64,000 nucleotides of DNA from Burkholderiales bacterium (GTDB taxonomy: Bacteria; Pseudomonadota; Gammaproteobacteria; Burkholderiales; JABEVD01). The translations under genes and the position numbers were made by a program. The stretch is taken from the NCBI GenBank assembly GCA_019753155.1, contig JAIELG010000017.1, positions 49,576-113,575 of the forward strand. The letters run 5' to 3'. The notes beneath the pieces were generated by a model. The model was not told where the DNA came from. It worked only from the letters and a program-made list of their open reading frames with translations, and made no database searches. Every line of letters begins with the position of its first letter. Position 1 is the first letter of the stretch. Shown here in pieces: positions 28,713 through 39,636 of this stretch.

Positions 28713-29758
28713 ATGCCATGAAGCCGTTCGCCGCCAATGCCGCCCAGTACAATGATTTGTTCGTTCGAGACAATTTTTCCGATACGGGCACTTATCCTTC
28801 CACCGGCAATCCCTGCCAATCGCCCGACATCATCCCGTACCAAAGCGGAACCTTGTCCTGGGCGACCGCCAATTCGACCTACAACGGCCCTGACCAAGGA
28901 TTGGCGATCATCAACGGCGGGGTCAACAACATCTACGTCCGCGCCAAGAACCTGAATACGGTCGCAGGGGCGGGGGCGGCCAACCTTTATTACGCCAACG
29001 CCTCCCTGTTCCTGCTCCCGAATACCTGGACTCAAATCTATAGCGCCGGTGGCGCAGGCTCTTTGCAGTTCGTCGACGGAACCGGCAATACCGCCATCGC
29101 CGCCGGCGGCATTGCGATCAGCAATCCGTCTTTTCTGCTGACCGGATTGCCGGCAGGCCCTCACTATTGCCTGATCGCAGTGGTTCAGACCGCCGCGCAT
29201 CCCGTCACCGTGCCGACAAGTTTTCCGACCAATGCCGCCTTCGTTCAGTGGGTGCAGAACAACCCCGCGGTGGGCTGGCGCAACATCTTCTATCAGCCCA
29301 ACACTTCCGTCCAACTGGTGCGAACCTTCAATTTCGCCAGTGTCAACCCGACCAGCGCCTATTTCCATTTCCGGATCCTGGGGCGTGGTTTTGTCACCGG
29401 GACAGGCATCAACGCCCAATGCACGGATCAGTCCTGCCCGATCAACCAGAACATGACGCTGCCTGCGCCCGATATAAACGGCAATCAGATCACCGGTTTC
29501 GATGTGAGCGTTCCGGGAAACTTCAGCGGCAACCTGGTCATCACCGCCACTTCGCCTGGCGGTCCTTTTCCTGTCGGCGCGACCCTGACGGTCACTTATT
29601 ATCAATATCCAAGCGCTGAAGACGAACTCGACCTGGCCGTGGCCGGAATCTTCACTGTGGCGAAAGAGGCCGATCCTGCCCGTTATGCGGCGATGTTGAT
29701 TCAAATCGGCGAATGCACGATCGGCATCACGAACAATCCGGCGCAAGCGGATCTTTGA
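28709..29758 (+). CDS. Hypothetical protein (349 aa), third gene of the LamG operon; Gly/Asn/Thr-rich, probably all-beta
   Basis: ATGA overlap with the upstream stop, and SD AAGGAGAAG. The motif string FVRDNFSDTGTYPSTGN..QSPDIIP ... NNIYVRAKNL ... GPHYCLIAVV ... NNPAVGWRNI resembles, from memory, a beta-sandwich module seen in some secreted peptidase-associated proteins. This is not verified. Confidence 0.7.
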   Translation: MNAMKPFAANAAQYNDLFVRDNFSDTGTYPSTGNPCQSPDIIPYQSGTLSWATANSTYNGPDQGLAIINGGVNNIYVRAKNLNTVAGAGAANLYYANASLFLLPNTWTQIYSAGGAGSLQFVDGTGNTAIAAGGIAISNPSFLLTGLPAGPHYCLIAVVQTAAHPVTVPTSFPTNAAFVQWVQNNPAVGWRNIFYQPNTSVQLVRTFNFASVNPTSAYFHFRILGRGFVTGTGINAQCTDQSCPINQNMTLPAPDINGNQITGFDVSVPGNFSGNLVITATSPGGPFPVGATLTVTYYQYPSAEDELDLAVAGIFTVAKEADPARYAAMLIQIGECTIGITNNPAQADL

Positions 29759-29777
29759 TGCCGCGCCATGATGCGGT

Positions 29778-30902
29778 TTATTCGATGACGACCGGCGCGA
29801 AGCCGCCGCCTGTCGTTCTGAAATTGGTGGTCTGACCCTGATAGAGCCTCGCCGCAAGAAGCTGGATTCGTCCCTTGTAGGCAAAATTGCGGTAATCGTA
29901 CTTCATGCCCTCGATTTCAGGAGGCGGCACGAACTCCTGGGCGACATAAGGGCCTTTCAGGATTTCCTCCCATACCCTTTTCGTCAGCTTTTCCCCCCGG
30001 TAAACCGCTTTCGAAGCGTACCCCGACCCCGGCTTGAAAAAAAGCCTGCGCCGCTCCCGCCACAATTCGTCCGGATCCTCGTTTTCCACGATGCGGGTTT
30101 TCGCGATCCCGCCCAGCAGCAATTCGACGCTTGCATCGGAAAGTCCGAAACCGACCAGGCTCGCCGGATCGGTCAATACCGAAAGGTTGCGCTTGTCCGC
30201 AAAGAGCGCATGCGCCCTGGGGTGCGGCGTCAACACCACCGCGCCCGCAAGATAAGCTGCTTTCAATGCCGGATGCGCTTCGAGAGAAAAGTCGGTCAGC
30301 CTGTTGTAGACGAGATCGACCCGGATATCGTCGTGATAAAGGACGCCATCCCTGAATTCGAGATCTTTCGCTTCGGCAATCACGGCGGAAATCGCGTGCT
30401 TTACGAACAGGTTCCTGAAGAGGACGAATTCGGGATAAAGGAATTGGAAAAAACAATCGTCGTCGACGATCGCAACATGGCTCAGTTTCCTTCCGCCCCT
30501 GACCAGGGACCATTCCTCCATGAACATGTCGAAAAAGGCTTCCTCCGCATTGCCCGACTCCCCCCATGCCCTCGCAAGCAACGCATTGAGGTAAGCGCCC
30601 CCTGCATTGGTATTGATTTCGATCAGCCTGGGGCCGCTCTCGCCGATATGAAAATCATATCCGAAGAAAACGCCGCGCGTTCCGGGATCGAATGCGGCGA
30701 TGGAAGGCGCCCATTGCAGCACCATTTCCCTGTATCCGGGAATGGCCGCAACGGACTCGATGGCCGCAATGATTGCGGCCATCTTATCGGCATGAGTCCT
30801 GGATACCGGAACCTTGAGAGGCGAAAAAAGGTTCCCCGGTATGGAATCCGCTTCGAACTCGCCGCGGATTTTCCCGAAATCCGGAGTCAATTCGACAGCC
30901 AC
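29778..30902 (-). CDS. ATP-grasp-like protein (glutathionylspermidine-synthase / circularly permuted ATP-grasp type)
   Basis: Motifs FFGYDFHIGESGPRLIEINTNAGG, FFKPGSGYASKAVYRG and YVAQEFV resemble GSP-synthase-like ATP-grasp enzymes. The start is uncertain: GTG 30902 or TTG 30890 near the upstream stop. The track ATG at 30986 lies 100 nt inside the upstream gene. Confidence 0.55.
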   Translation of the reverse strand: MAVELTPDFGKIRGEFEADSIPGNLFSPLKVPVSRTHADKMAAIIAAIESVAAIPGYREMVLQWAPSIAAFDPGTRGVFFGYDFHIGESGPRLIEINTNAGGAYLNALLARAWGESGNAEEAFFDMFMEEWSLVRGGRKLSHVAIVDDDCFFQFLYPEFVLFRNLFVKHAISAVIAEAKDLEFRDGVLYHDDIRVDLVYNRLTDFSLEAHPALKAAYLAGAVVLTPHPRAHALFADKRNLSVLTDPASLVGFGLSDASVELLLGGIAKTRIVENEDPDELWRERRRLFFKPGSGYASKAVYRGEKLTKRVWEEILKGPYVAQEFVPPPEIEGMKYDYRNFAYKGRIQLLAARLYQGQTTNFRTTGGGFAPVVIE

Positions 30903-31231
30903 TCCTCCGCCTGATGCGGGTCGTGGTAAACCCTGATTTCGGCATCGGTGAACATGTTGGAGAGCCACGCCAGGGAACCCACCCACTCGCTATCGGTCAA
31001 AACAGCGATCTTCCCGAAGGCATAAGGGTGCGCCTTGCCATACTTGATTTCCTCCCAAACCATGTCGATGGTGTATTTCACCATTTTCGTGAGATCGAGG
31101 AGGAGATTGACCCGCCCCTTGAATTCGAGCCTGTAATTGACCTGGTCTTCGAATTCCTTGAAGTCCGACAGCGTGAATTCACCGAATACGGATGCGCACA
31201 GGCGGCTTTCGTCATGTTCTATCGTAATCAT
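30887..31231 (-). CDS. STAS/SpoIIAA-like small protein (DUF3478-type)
   Basis: 114 aa in which G.F...DF..FE......EF.G.VNLL.DL.....YT...W.E......H...F.KIAV..D..W matches the SpoIIAA-like family pattern. ATGA overlap with the rlmB stop. Confidence 0.6.
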   Translation of the reverse strand: MITIEHDESRLCASVFGEFTLSDFKEFEDQVNYRLEFKGRVNLLLDLTKMVKYTIDMVWEEIKYGKAHPYAFGKIAVLTDSEWVGSLAWLSNMFTDAEIRVYHDPHQAEEWLSN

Positions 31232-31974
31232 CCCTTTTCCTTGCTTAAACGCCTCTGACGGCAGGTTTCAAACATCAATATGCCGCTGGTCACCGAAAGG
31301 TTGAGGCTCTCCACCATCCCGCACATGGGAATCCTGACCAGCCTGTCGCAGCTTTCCCGGGTCAGGCGCCTCATTCCCGACCCTTCCGCGCCCAGCACCC
31401 AGGCGATCGGCCCCGCAAGTTCCGTCTCGTAAAGGTCCGACGCCCCTTCCTCGTCGGTGCCGATGACGGTTATTCCTGCTTCCTTCAATTCGCGCAATGT
31501 CCTCGCCAGATTCGTCACGGTGACATAAGGCACGGTCTCCGCCGCGCCGCTCGCTACTTTGGCTACAGTTGCATTCAGGCCCACGGCGCGATCCTTGGGC
31601 GCGATAACGGCATGCACGCCGAACGCATCCGCCACCCTCATGCATGCGCCGAGATTGTGCGGATCCTGTATGCCGTCGAGTACGAGCAGCAATGCATCCT
31701 CGGTCAGGGTATCGAGCACGTCGTCCAGCGCGATGTATTTTTTCGAAGCATCGACCCTCGCCACGACCCCCTGATTCCTGCCATTGCCGGCCATGCCATC
31801 CATCCTGGCGGAATCGAGATAACTCACCTTGATTTTATGCGTTTCCAGAAGCAATGCAAGCTGCTTCGCGCGCGGATCGCGTCTTCCCGCATCGAGATAA
31901 ACTTCGATCACGCTTTGCGGATTCTGCCTGATTCTGCCCGATACTGCGTGAAAACCGAATATGAAAGCAGACAT
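31228..31974 (-). CDS. rlmB: 23S rRNA (guanosine2251-2'-O)-methyltransferase
   Basis: 248 aa of the SpoU/TrmH family: [45 protein letters not shown]. Start at ATG 31974 (TAATG overlap with the rnr stop); the track ORF is over-extended to 32355. Confidence 0.92.
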   Translation of the reverse strand: MSAFIFGFHAVSGRIRQNPQSVIEVYLDAGRRDPRAKQLALLLETHKIKVSYLDSARMDGMAGNGRNQGVVARVDASKKYIALDDVLDTLTEDALLLVLDGIQDPHNLGACMRVADAFGVHAVIAPKDRAVGLNATVAKVASGAAETVPYVTVTNLARTLRELKEAGITVIGTDEEGASDLYETELAGPIAWVLGAEGSGMRRLTRESCDRLVRIPMCGMVESLNLSVTSGILMFETCRQRRLSKEKG

Positions 31975-34175
31975 TACTTTTTCTTGCCGGCTTTCTTCTT
32001 CGCGGGAACGGCAGATTCTTCGCTGTCGATGACGAAATCGATCTTGCTCGTTTCGAGGTCGACCCGCACCACCTTGATCTTCATCCTGTCTCCGAGACGG
32101 AAGCGCTTCGCAGTGCGTTCCCCCACGATCTGATGCAGCGCCTGATCGAAGTGGAAATAATCGCTCCCGAGTTCGGAAATATGCACCAGACCTTCGACAT
32201 ACACGTCGTCCAGAGCGACGAACAGCCCGAATCCCGTCACGCCGCTGATCGTCCCCTCGAAACTCAATCCGATCTTGTCCATCATCCAGTAGCATTTGAG
32301 CCAGCTTTCCACGTCGCGCGTGGCTTCGTCGGCACGCCGCTCGGTCGCGGAACAATGCGCGCCGAGTTCGCTCCAGTTCCCCGGATTATAGCTTACGCCT
32401 TCCAGAACCGCCCTGATCGCGCGGTGGATGAGAAGATCCGGGTAACGCCTTATCGGCGAAGTGAAATGCGTATAGGACTCGTAGGCAAGTCCGAAATGCC
32501 CCACATTCTCCGGGCTGTAAACAGCCTGCTGCAGGGAGCGCAGCATGACGGTCTGGAGGAGCTGCGCATCGGGCCTGCCCTTGATCCTGGCGAGGAGCGC
32601 GGCATAATCCTTGGCATGGGGATCGTCCCCGCCCTTGAGGTCAAGTCCGAATTCCTTGAGGAAATTGCGCAGATTCGTGAGCTTTTCCGGGGTCGGGCCT
32701 TGGTGGATGCGGTAGAGCGCCGCCTGCTTGTGTTTTTTCAGGAATTCGGACGTGCAGACGTTCGCTGCAAGCATGCATTCCTCGATCAGGCGGTGCGCGT
32801 CGTTGCGCACTATTGGGACGATCTTCTCGATTTTCCCCTGATCGTTGAAAATCATCTGTGTTTCCGTCGTCTCGAAATCGATGGCTCCGCGCTTGATGCG
32901 CGCTTTTACCAGAACGCCGTAAAGGGCGTAAAGAAGCTGGATCTGGGGCAGGAGTGCGGCATGCTCCCCCGCAACAGAAGGATCTTCCAGCATCGCCGCC
33001 ACCTTCGTGTAGGTGAACCTCGCGTGGGAATGCATGACCGCCGGATAGAAACGGTAGGCTTCGAATTCGCCGTGCGCATCGAGCTCCATTTCGCACACCA
33101 TGCAAAGCCTGTCCACCCCCGGATTGAGCGAACAAAGCTCGTTGGAGAGCGCTTCCGGCAGCATGGGAATGACGCGGCGCGGGAAATACACCGAGTTGCC
33201 GCGCTTCAACGCCTCCATGTCGAGCGCATCTTTCGGCCTCACATAATGGCTGACATCCGCAATCGCAACATACAGCTTGAATCCCTTGCCCTTTTTCTCG
33301 CAATAAACCGCATCGTCGAAATCCCTTGCCGTCTCGCCGTCTATCGTCACGAGCGGCAGATGGCGGATATCCTCCCTGCCCTCGCATTCTTCCTTTTTGA
33401 CCTTCTTGGGAAATTTTCCGGCAGCCTTCTCTACATCACTCGGGAATACGTTCGGCAGATCGTGTTTCCTGAGCGCAATCTCGATTTCCATGCCGGGATC
33501 GGCATAGTTCCCCAGTATTTCGACGACGCGCCCTATGGGCTGCATGCGCTTGGAAGGCTGCTCGATGATTTCGATCATCACCACCTGCCCCGGCTGCGCC
33601 CCCATGTGCTCCCCGGCGGGCACCAGGATGTCCTGATTGATGCGCCTGTTTTCAGCCACCACGAAGAGGACGGAATGCTCGACATAGAGGCGGCCAACCA
33701 GCCTGGTATTGACCCGCTCCAGCACTTCGACGATGCTGCCCTCGCGCCGCCCGCGCCTGTCGAGTCCGATCTCCCTGACCATGACGCGATCGCCGTGGAA
33801 CACCTTATGCATTTCTCCAGGGCCCAGGAAAAGATCGCCGCTGCCGTCTTCAGGCACGAGGAAGCCGAATCCGTCAGGATGCCCCTGAACCGTTCCCTTG
33901 ATCAAATCCAGCTTTTCGACGACGCAAATCGCTTCCTTCCTGTTGCGCATGATCTGGCCGTCGCGCTCCATGGCGCGCAACCTGTGACCGAAGGAATCCA
34001 TTTCATGCGCTTCGATTTCCATGGCTTCGGAGAGTTTTTCGATGGAAACCGGCACGCCGAAACCGGCAAGCGTATCGAGGATGAATTCCCTGCTCGGCAG
34101 GGGGTTCGGATATTTCTGCTTTTCCCGCTCCAGGTGCGGGTCGCTCATTCTGGTTTTGGTCGTTTTCTTATTCAT
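31974..34175 (-). CDS. rnr: Ribonuclease R
   Basis: 733 aa with an RNB domain ([19 protein letters not shown]...[16 protein letters not shown]) and a C-terminal S1 domain plus Lys-rich tail. Confidence 0.96.
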   Translation of the reverse strand: MNKKTTKTRMSDPHLEREKQKYPNPLPSREFILDTLAGFGVPVSIEKLSEAMEIEAHEMDSFGHRLRAMERDGQIMRNRKEAICVVEKLDLIKGTVQGHPDGFGFLVPEDGSGDLFLGPGEMHKVFHGDRVMVREIGLDRRGRREGSIVEVLERVNTRLVGRLYVEHSVLFVVAENRRINQDILVPAGEHMGAQPGQVVMIEIIEQPSKRMQPIGRVVEILGNYADPGMEIEIALRKHDLPNVFPSDVEKAAGKFPKKVKKEECEGREDIRHLPLVTIDGETARDFDDAVYCEKKGKGFKLYVAIADVSHYVRPKDALDMEALKRGNSVYFPRRVIPMLPEALSNELCSLNPGVDRLCMVCEMELDAHGEFEAYRFYPAVMHSHARFTYTKVAAMLEDPSVAGEHAALLPQIQLLYALYGVLVKARIKRGAIDFETTETQMIFNDQGKIEKIVPIVRNDAHRLIEECMLAANVCTSEFLKKHKQAALYRIHQGPTPEKLTNLRNFLKEFGLDLKGGDDPHAKDYAALLARIKGRPDAQLLQTVMLRSLQQAVYSPENVGHFGLAYESYTHFTSPIRRYPDLLIHRAIRAVLEGVSYNPGNWSELGAHCSATERRADEATRDVESWLKCYWMMDKIGLSFEGTISGVTGFGLFVALDDVYVEGLVHISELGSDYFHFDQALHQIVGERTAKRFRLGDRMKIKVVRVDLETSKIDFVIDSEESAVPAKKKAGKKK

Positions 34176-34232
34176 TTGACAAAAAGTATAATTCCTATAA
34201 AATTCGATGCTTGCATCCTAAGACGGATAAAT

Positions 34233-34317
34233 GCCCAGATGGCGGAATTGGTAGACGCGCACGGTTCAGGTCCGTGTGCCGCAAGGTGTGGAGGTTCGAG
34301 TCCTCTTCTGGGCACCA
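34233..34317 (+). tRNA. tRNA-Leu (anticodon CAG)
   Basis: GCCCAGATGGCGGAATTGGTAGACGCGCACGGTTCAGGTCCGTGTGCCGCAAGGTGTGGAGGTTCGAGTCCTCTTCTGGGCACCA. It has a class II long variable arm, anticodon loop TTCAGGT, T-loop GGTTCGAGTCC and an encoded CCA. Confidence 0.95.
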
Positions 34318-34334
34318 CCGATATAACTGAAAAT

Positions 34335-34368
34335 CGCACTGCGCCCTGATCCGGCCGGTGCGTTTTTT
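34335..34368 (+). terminator. Putative rho-independent terminator after tRNA-Leu
   Basis: CGCACTG...CGGTGCG forms an imperfect ~7-bp stem followed by T6. Confidence 0.45.
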
Positions 34369-34454
34369 ATTTCCATGCCCGGCCAGACAGTATTCTATCA
34401 TCCCAGGCCGATGCCGTCATCGAATCCATTGCACGGAAGAATCGATAAATAACG

Positions 34455-36908
34455 ATGTCGAAACAGAAAATAATCGAAGAAATGGGACTGGATGCCGAAT
34501 CGGTGAAACAATCCGTCACCAATCGCCTGGTTTATTCAGTCGGCAAGGACGAGATCACCGCCACCACGCGCGATTGGTTTTTCGCCACCGCCCACATGGC
34601 GCGCGATCGCCTGACCGGAAGGTGGATGGAGACCATGCGCAATTACTACGATGGCGATGTGAAGCGCATCTACTACCTGTCCATGGAATTCCTGATGGGG
34701 CGCGCGCTGATGAACAGCCTGCTCAACCTGGGATTCGACGGGCAATGCAGGCAAACTTTCGACGAACTCGGCATCGATTTGCAGCAGGTCCGCGAAATGG
34801 AACATGATGCTGCGCTGGGCAACGGCGGTCTCGGGCGCCTCGCAGCATGCTTCCTCGACTCGATGGCCACGCTCGATTTGCCCGGCACGGGCTATGGCAT
34901 CCGTTACGAATATGGCATGTTTTCGCAGCGCATCGAAAACGGATATCAGGTGGAGCACCCCGACAACTGGCTCCGCTACGGCAACCCCTGGGAATTCCCG
35001 AGGCCCGAAGTGCTTTACCCGGTCAAATTTCACGGCCGCGCGGTTCAATACGAGGACGAGCACGGCACACTGCACAACCACTGGATAGATACCGACAATG
35101 TCATGGCCATGGCATACGATATGCCTGTCCCGGGTTATGCCACGAATACCGCCAACAACATGCGCCTGTGGGCCGCCAAGGCAACGCGCGACTTCGAGCT
35201 GCGCTATTTCAACGAAGGCAATTACATCAAGGCGGTGGAAGACAAGAACGAGTCCGAAAACCTCTCCAAAGTCCTCTACCCGGACGACACCACGGAAATG
35301 GGACGCGAATTGCGCCTGAAGCAGCAGTATTTCTTCGTCTGCGCTTCGCTCCAAGACATTCTGCACCGCTACGCCAAGCACCATGACAACTTCGACATGC
35401 TGCCGGACAAGGTGGCCATCCAGTTGAACGACACCCATCCTTCTATCGCCGTCGCGGAATTGATGCGCATACTGGTCGATCAGCATCGTCTGGACTGGGA
35501 CAAGGCGTGGGATATCACCGTGCGCACGTTTTCCTACACCAACCACACGCTGATGCCGGAAGCCCTGGAAACATGGCCCGTCCAGCTTTTCGAAAGCGTA
35601 CTGCCGCGGCATCTGCAGATCATCTACGAAATCAATCACCGCTTTCTCAAGGAAGTCATGCACCGATATCCGGGCGATACGGGGATAATGCAGCGCATGT
35701 CGATCATCGACGAAATGAACGGGAAGCGCGTGCGAATGGCCCACCTGGCGATCATTGGCAGCCACAAGGTCAACGGCGTGGCCGAACTCCATACCGAACT
35801 GATGAAGCGCACGATATTCTCGGACTTTCACCGTTTTTATCCCGGCAAAATCATCAACATCACGAACGGCATCACGCCAAGACGCTGGCTGAATCAAACC
35901 AATCCGCACCTGTCCGCCCTGATCTCCTCCCGTATCGGCAGCACCTGGATCAAGGATCTTTCCCAGTTGAAGCGCCTGATTCCGCTTGCGGAGGACGAAA
36001 AATTCCGCAGCGAATTCGCCGAAATCAAACACAACAATAAAAAACGCCTGGCCGAACTCCTCAAGCTCAGGATGAATATCGAAGTCAATCCCGATGCGAT
36101 GTTCGACGTGCAGATCAAGCGCATCCATGAATACAAACGGCAATTGCTCAACCTGCTGCATGTCGTCACCCTGTACAACCGCATACGCAACAACGAAAAG
36201 CCGGTGCCGCGCGTGGTCATTTTCAGCGGCAAGGCCGCTCCAGGCTATGCCAGGGCAAAACTGATCATCAAGCTGATCAACGACGTTGCCGACATCATCA
36301 ACAACGATCCGCGCATGGCCGAGTGCCTGAAGGTGGTTTTCATCCCGAATTACGATGTAACGACCGCGGAAGACATCATTCCCGCAGCGGATTTGTCGGA
36401 ACAGATTTCGACTGCCGGAACCGAGGCTTCGGGTACGGGAAACATGAAGCTCGCGCTAAACGGGGCGCTCACCATTGGAACGCTGGATGGCGCGAATATC
36501 GAAATTCGCAATGAAGTCGGGGAAGACAATATCTTCATTTTCGGCCTGACCTCTGAAGACGTCGCGCAGTTGCACAGGCAGGGCTACTCGCCATGGAATC
36601 ATTACCGTGAAAACGCCGAACTGCGCGAAGCGCTGGACATGATTTCATCGGGGTATTTCTCGCCCGACGAACCGGCGCGGTACAGGTCCATCGTGGACAG
36701 CCTGCTGAAGGAAGGTGACCGCTTTTCTCTGCTCGCCGACTATGCCGCCTATGTTGCGTGCCAGCAGGGGGTCGACGCGGCCTACCGCGACAAGGCGCAG
36801 TGGGTGAAAAAGGCAATATTGAATGTCGCCAACATGGGCAAGTTTTCCAGCGACCGCACCATCAGCCAGTATGCCGAACAGATCTGGCATGCCAAGGCTG
36901 CGAAATGA
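34455..36908 (+). CDS. glgP: Glycogen/maltodextrin phosphorylase (GT35)
   Basis: 817 aa with motifs YLSMEFL.GR.L.N, LGNGGLGRLAACFLDS and the PLP-Lys region EASGTGNMKLALNGALTIGTLDGANIE. Confidence 0.96.
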   Translation: MSKQKIIEEMGLDAESVKQSVTNRLVYSVGKDEITATTRDWFFATAHMARDRLTGRWMETMRNYYDGDVKRIYYLSMEFLMGRALMNSLLNLGFDGQCRQTFDELGIDLQQVREMEHDAALGNGGLGRLAACFLDSMATLDLPGTGYGIRYEYGMFSQRIENGYQVEHPDNWLRYGNPWEFPRPEVLYPVKFHGRAVQYEDEHGTLHNHWIDTDNVMAMAYDMPVPGYATNTANNMRLWAAKATRDFELRYFNEGNYIKAVEDKNESENLSKVLYPDDTTEMGRELRLKQQYFFVCASLQDILHRYAKHHDNFDMLPDKVAIQLNDTHPSIAVAELMRILVDQHRLDWDKAWDITVRTFSYTNHTLMPEALETWPVQLFESVLPRHLQIIYEINHRFLKEVMHRYPGDTGIMQRMSIIDEMNGKRVRMAHLAIIGSHKVNGVAELHTELMKRTIFSDFHRFYPGKIINITNGITPRRWLNQTNPHLSALISSRIGSTWIKDLSQLKRLIPLAEDEKFRSEFAEIKHNNKKRLAELLKLRMNIEVNPDAMFDVQIKRIHEYKRQLLNLLHVVTLYNRIRNNEKPVPRVVIFSGKAAPGYARAKLIIKLINDVADIINNDPRMAECLKVVFIPNYDVTTAEDIIPAADLSEQISTAGTEASGTGNMKLALNGALTIGTLDGANIEIRNEVGEDNIFIFGLTSEDVAQLHRQGYSPWNHYRENAELREALDMISSGYFSPDEPARYRSIVDSLLKEGDRFSLLADYAAYVACQQGVDAAYRDKAQWVKKAILNVANMGKFSSDRTISQYAEQIWHAKAAK

Positions 36909-36947
36909 TCCCTGATACTCCTGCGATATTCTGGAGCAGCGGGCCGA

Positions 36948-38246
<1,299 letters not shown>

Positions 38247-38262
38247 TCAATCCATTCCAGAG

Positions 38263-39414
38263 TTAGTCTGATTCCACAATGCGCCACTGCCCGTCGCAAA
38301 GCGCGAGCATCCTGCTGCAACAGAGTTCGCCGCGGCTCGCCTCGTGTCCCGGCAAGTCGACGACCACCCTTTCCCCCGCCCCGCGAAGCTCGGCAATCTT
38401 CGCCTGCAAAACCGGATCATTCGAATACGGCGCAAGTATGCCGTCTTCCTGAACCGCCTGGGGCAATATCGATGCAAGCTCCCTCAGGTCCATGCTGAAG
38501 CCCGTGGCGGGGCGCGCCCTGCCGAAAGCGCGTCCGACTTCGTCGTAACGGCCGCCGAGCGCAACCGCATTGGGACAATTTTCAGCGTAAACGGCAAAAA
38601 CCATGCCGCTGTGATAATGATACCCGCGCAGTTCCGCAAGATCGAAGGAAAGGTCCGGCACGCAGAGTTCGTCGGCGACGGCTTCGAGCTCGGACAGGGC
38701 CTGGGCAACGCCCGGAAAAGCGGAAAGCGCGGACCGCGCGCGCGGCAGCACATCCATCCCGCCATACAGTTCCGGCAGGAGGCAAAGCGCCTCCCTGACC
38801 CTGGAGTCCAACTGCGACGACAGTCCGGCGATTCCCGGCACGTCTTTCGCCTGCAACACCTGGAACAATTCGGATTCGAGCGCATCATCCATCCCGGACA
38901 TCCTGACGATGTTCCTGAACACTCCGACATGTCCAAGATCGAGATGGATTTTTTTCGCCCCGATCCTGTCGAGCGCGTCCAGCATGAGCTTCTGGATTTC
39001 GATATCGCTCTCTATTCCGGCGTGCCCGTAAATGTCGGCCCCGACCTGGAGCGGCTCACGGGTTCGCGTAAGTCCGAGCGGCAGGGTATGCAGCACGCTT
39101 CCGGCGTAACACAGCCTCGCAATGCCCCGCCTGTTCAGAAGCTGCGCATCGATGCGCGCGACCTGAGGCGTGATGTCCGCCCTCAAACCCAGCAACCTTC
39201 CGCTCATCTGGTCGACGAGCTTGAATGTCCTGAGATCCATGTCCTGCCCCGTGCCGCTCCGCAGCGATTCGATATGTTCGATGAGCGGCGGAATGACGAG
39301 ATCGTAACCGTAAGTTCTGAAAAGATCGAGCACCGCCCTGCGCAGGGTTTCAATGCGCGTCGCATCGGGCGGCAGGATGTCTTCGATATATTCGGGGAGT
39401 ATCCAGTTCAGCAT
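38263..39414 (-). CDS. hisZ: ATP phosphoribosyltransferase regulatory subunit
   Basis: 383 aa, HisRS-like but lacking an anticodon-binding domain. Contains W.LPEYIEDILP and LR.D.TPQ.AR. Located adjacent to purA. Confidence 0.88.
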   Translation of the reverse strand: MLNWILPEYIEDILPPDATRIETLRRAVLDLFRTYGYDLVIPPLIEHIESLRSGTGQDMDLRTFKLVDQMSGRLLGLRADITPQVARIDAQLLNRRGIARLCYAGSVLHTLPLGLTRTREPLQVGADIYGHAGIESDIEIQKLMLDALDRIGAKKIHLDLGHVGVFRNIVRMSGMDDALESELFQVLQAKDVPGIAGLSSQLDSRVREALCLLPELYGGMDVLPRARSALSAFPGVAQALSELEAVADELCVPDLSFDLAELRGYHYHSGMVFAVYAENCPNAVALGGRYDEVGRAFGRARPATGFSMDLRELASILPQAVQEDGILAPYSNDPVLQAKIAELRGAGERVVVDLPGHEASRGELCCSRMLALCDGQWRIVESD

Positions 39415-39418
39415 CGCA

Positions 39419-39616
39419 TCATTCTGAAGCTTGGTTGAAAAGAAACAGCAGGATCAGGCCTGAGGCCATCGCGGTCAGCCCGATGAAACGGACCTGTCCG
39501 TCCGACAGCTGGGAGAGCTTCATGAAGCTCTCCCTCCAGAGTCCGGGCAGCACGAAGGGAAGCACGCCTTCCATGACGAACATCAGGGCAAAAGCCAGCA
39601 TGAGGTTCCTGAACAC
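39419..39616 (-). CDS. DUF2065 (YjeT-like) small membrane protein
   Basis: 65 aa with two TM helices. Contains LALMFVMEG..PF..P..W and sits directly downstream of hflC, as yjeT does in E. coli. Confidence 0.7.
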   Translation of the reverse strand: MFRNLMLAFALMFVMEGVLPFVLPGLWRESFMKLSQLSDGQVRFIGLTAMASGLILLFLFNQASE

Positions 39617-39636
39617 CTGACTTTACCCCGGAATCC

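Noticed and set aside
34195-34401. 68-aa minus-strand ORF, and the tail of the 738-aa plus-strand ORF, covering tRNA-Leu.
   Set aside because: The sequence folds into a canonical class II tRNA-Leu(CAG). The ORFs are artefacts of translating a structural RNA.
34233-36908. Stand-alone glgP directly downstream of tRNA-Leu, considered as a possible tRNA-associated island.
   Set aside because: No integrase, direct repeat of the tRNA 3' end, or mobile-element debris is present. The tRNA is followed by a terminator-like hairpin and glgP has an ordinary context, so there is insufficient evidence.
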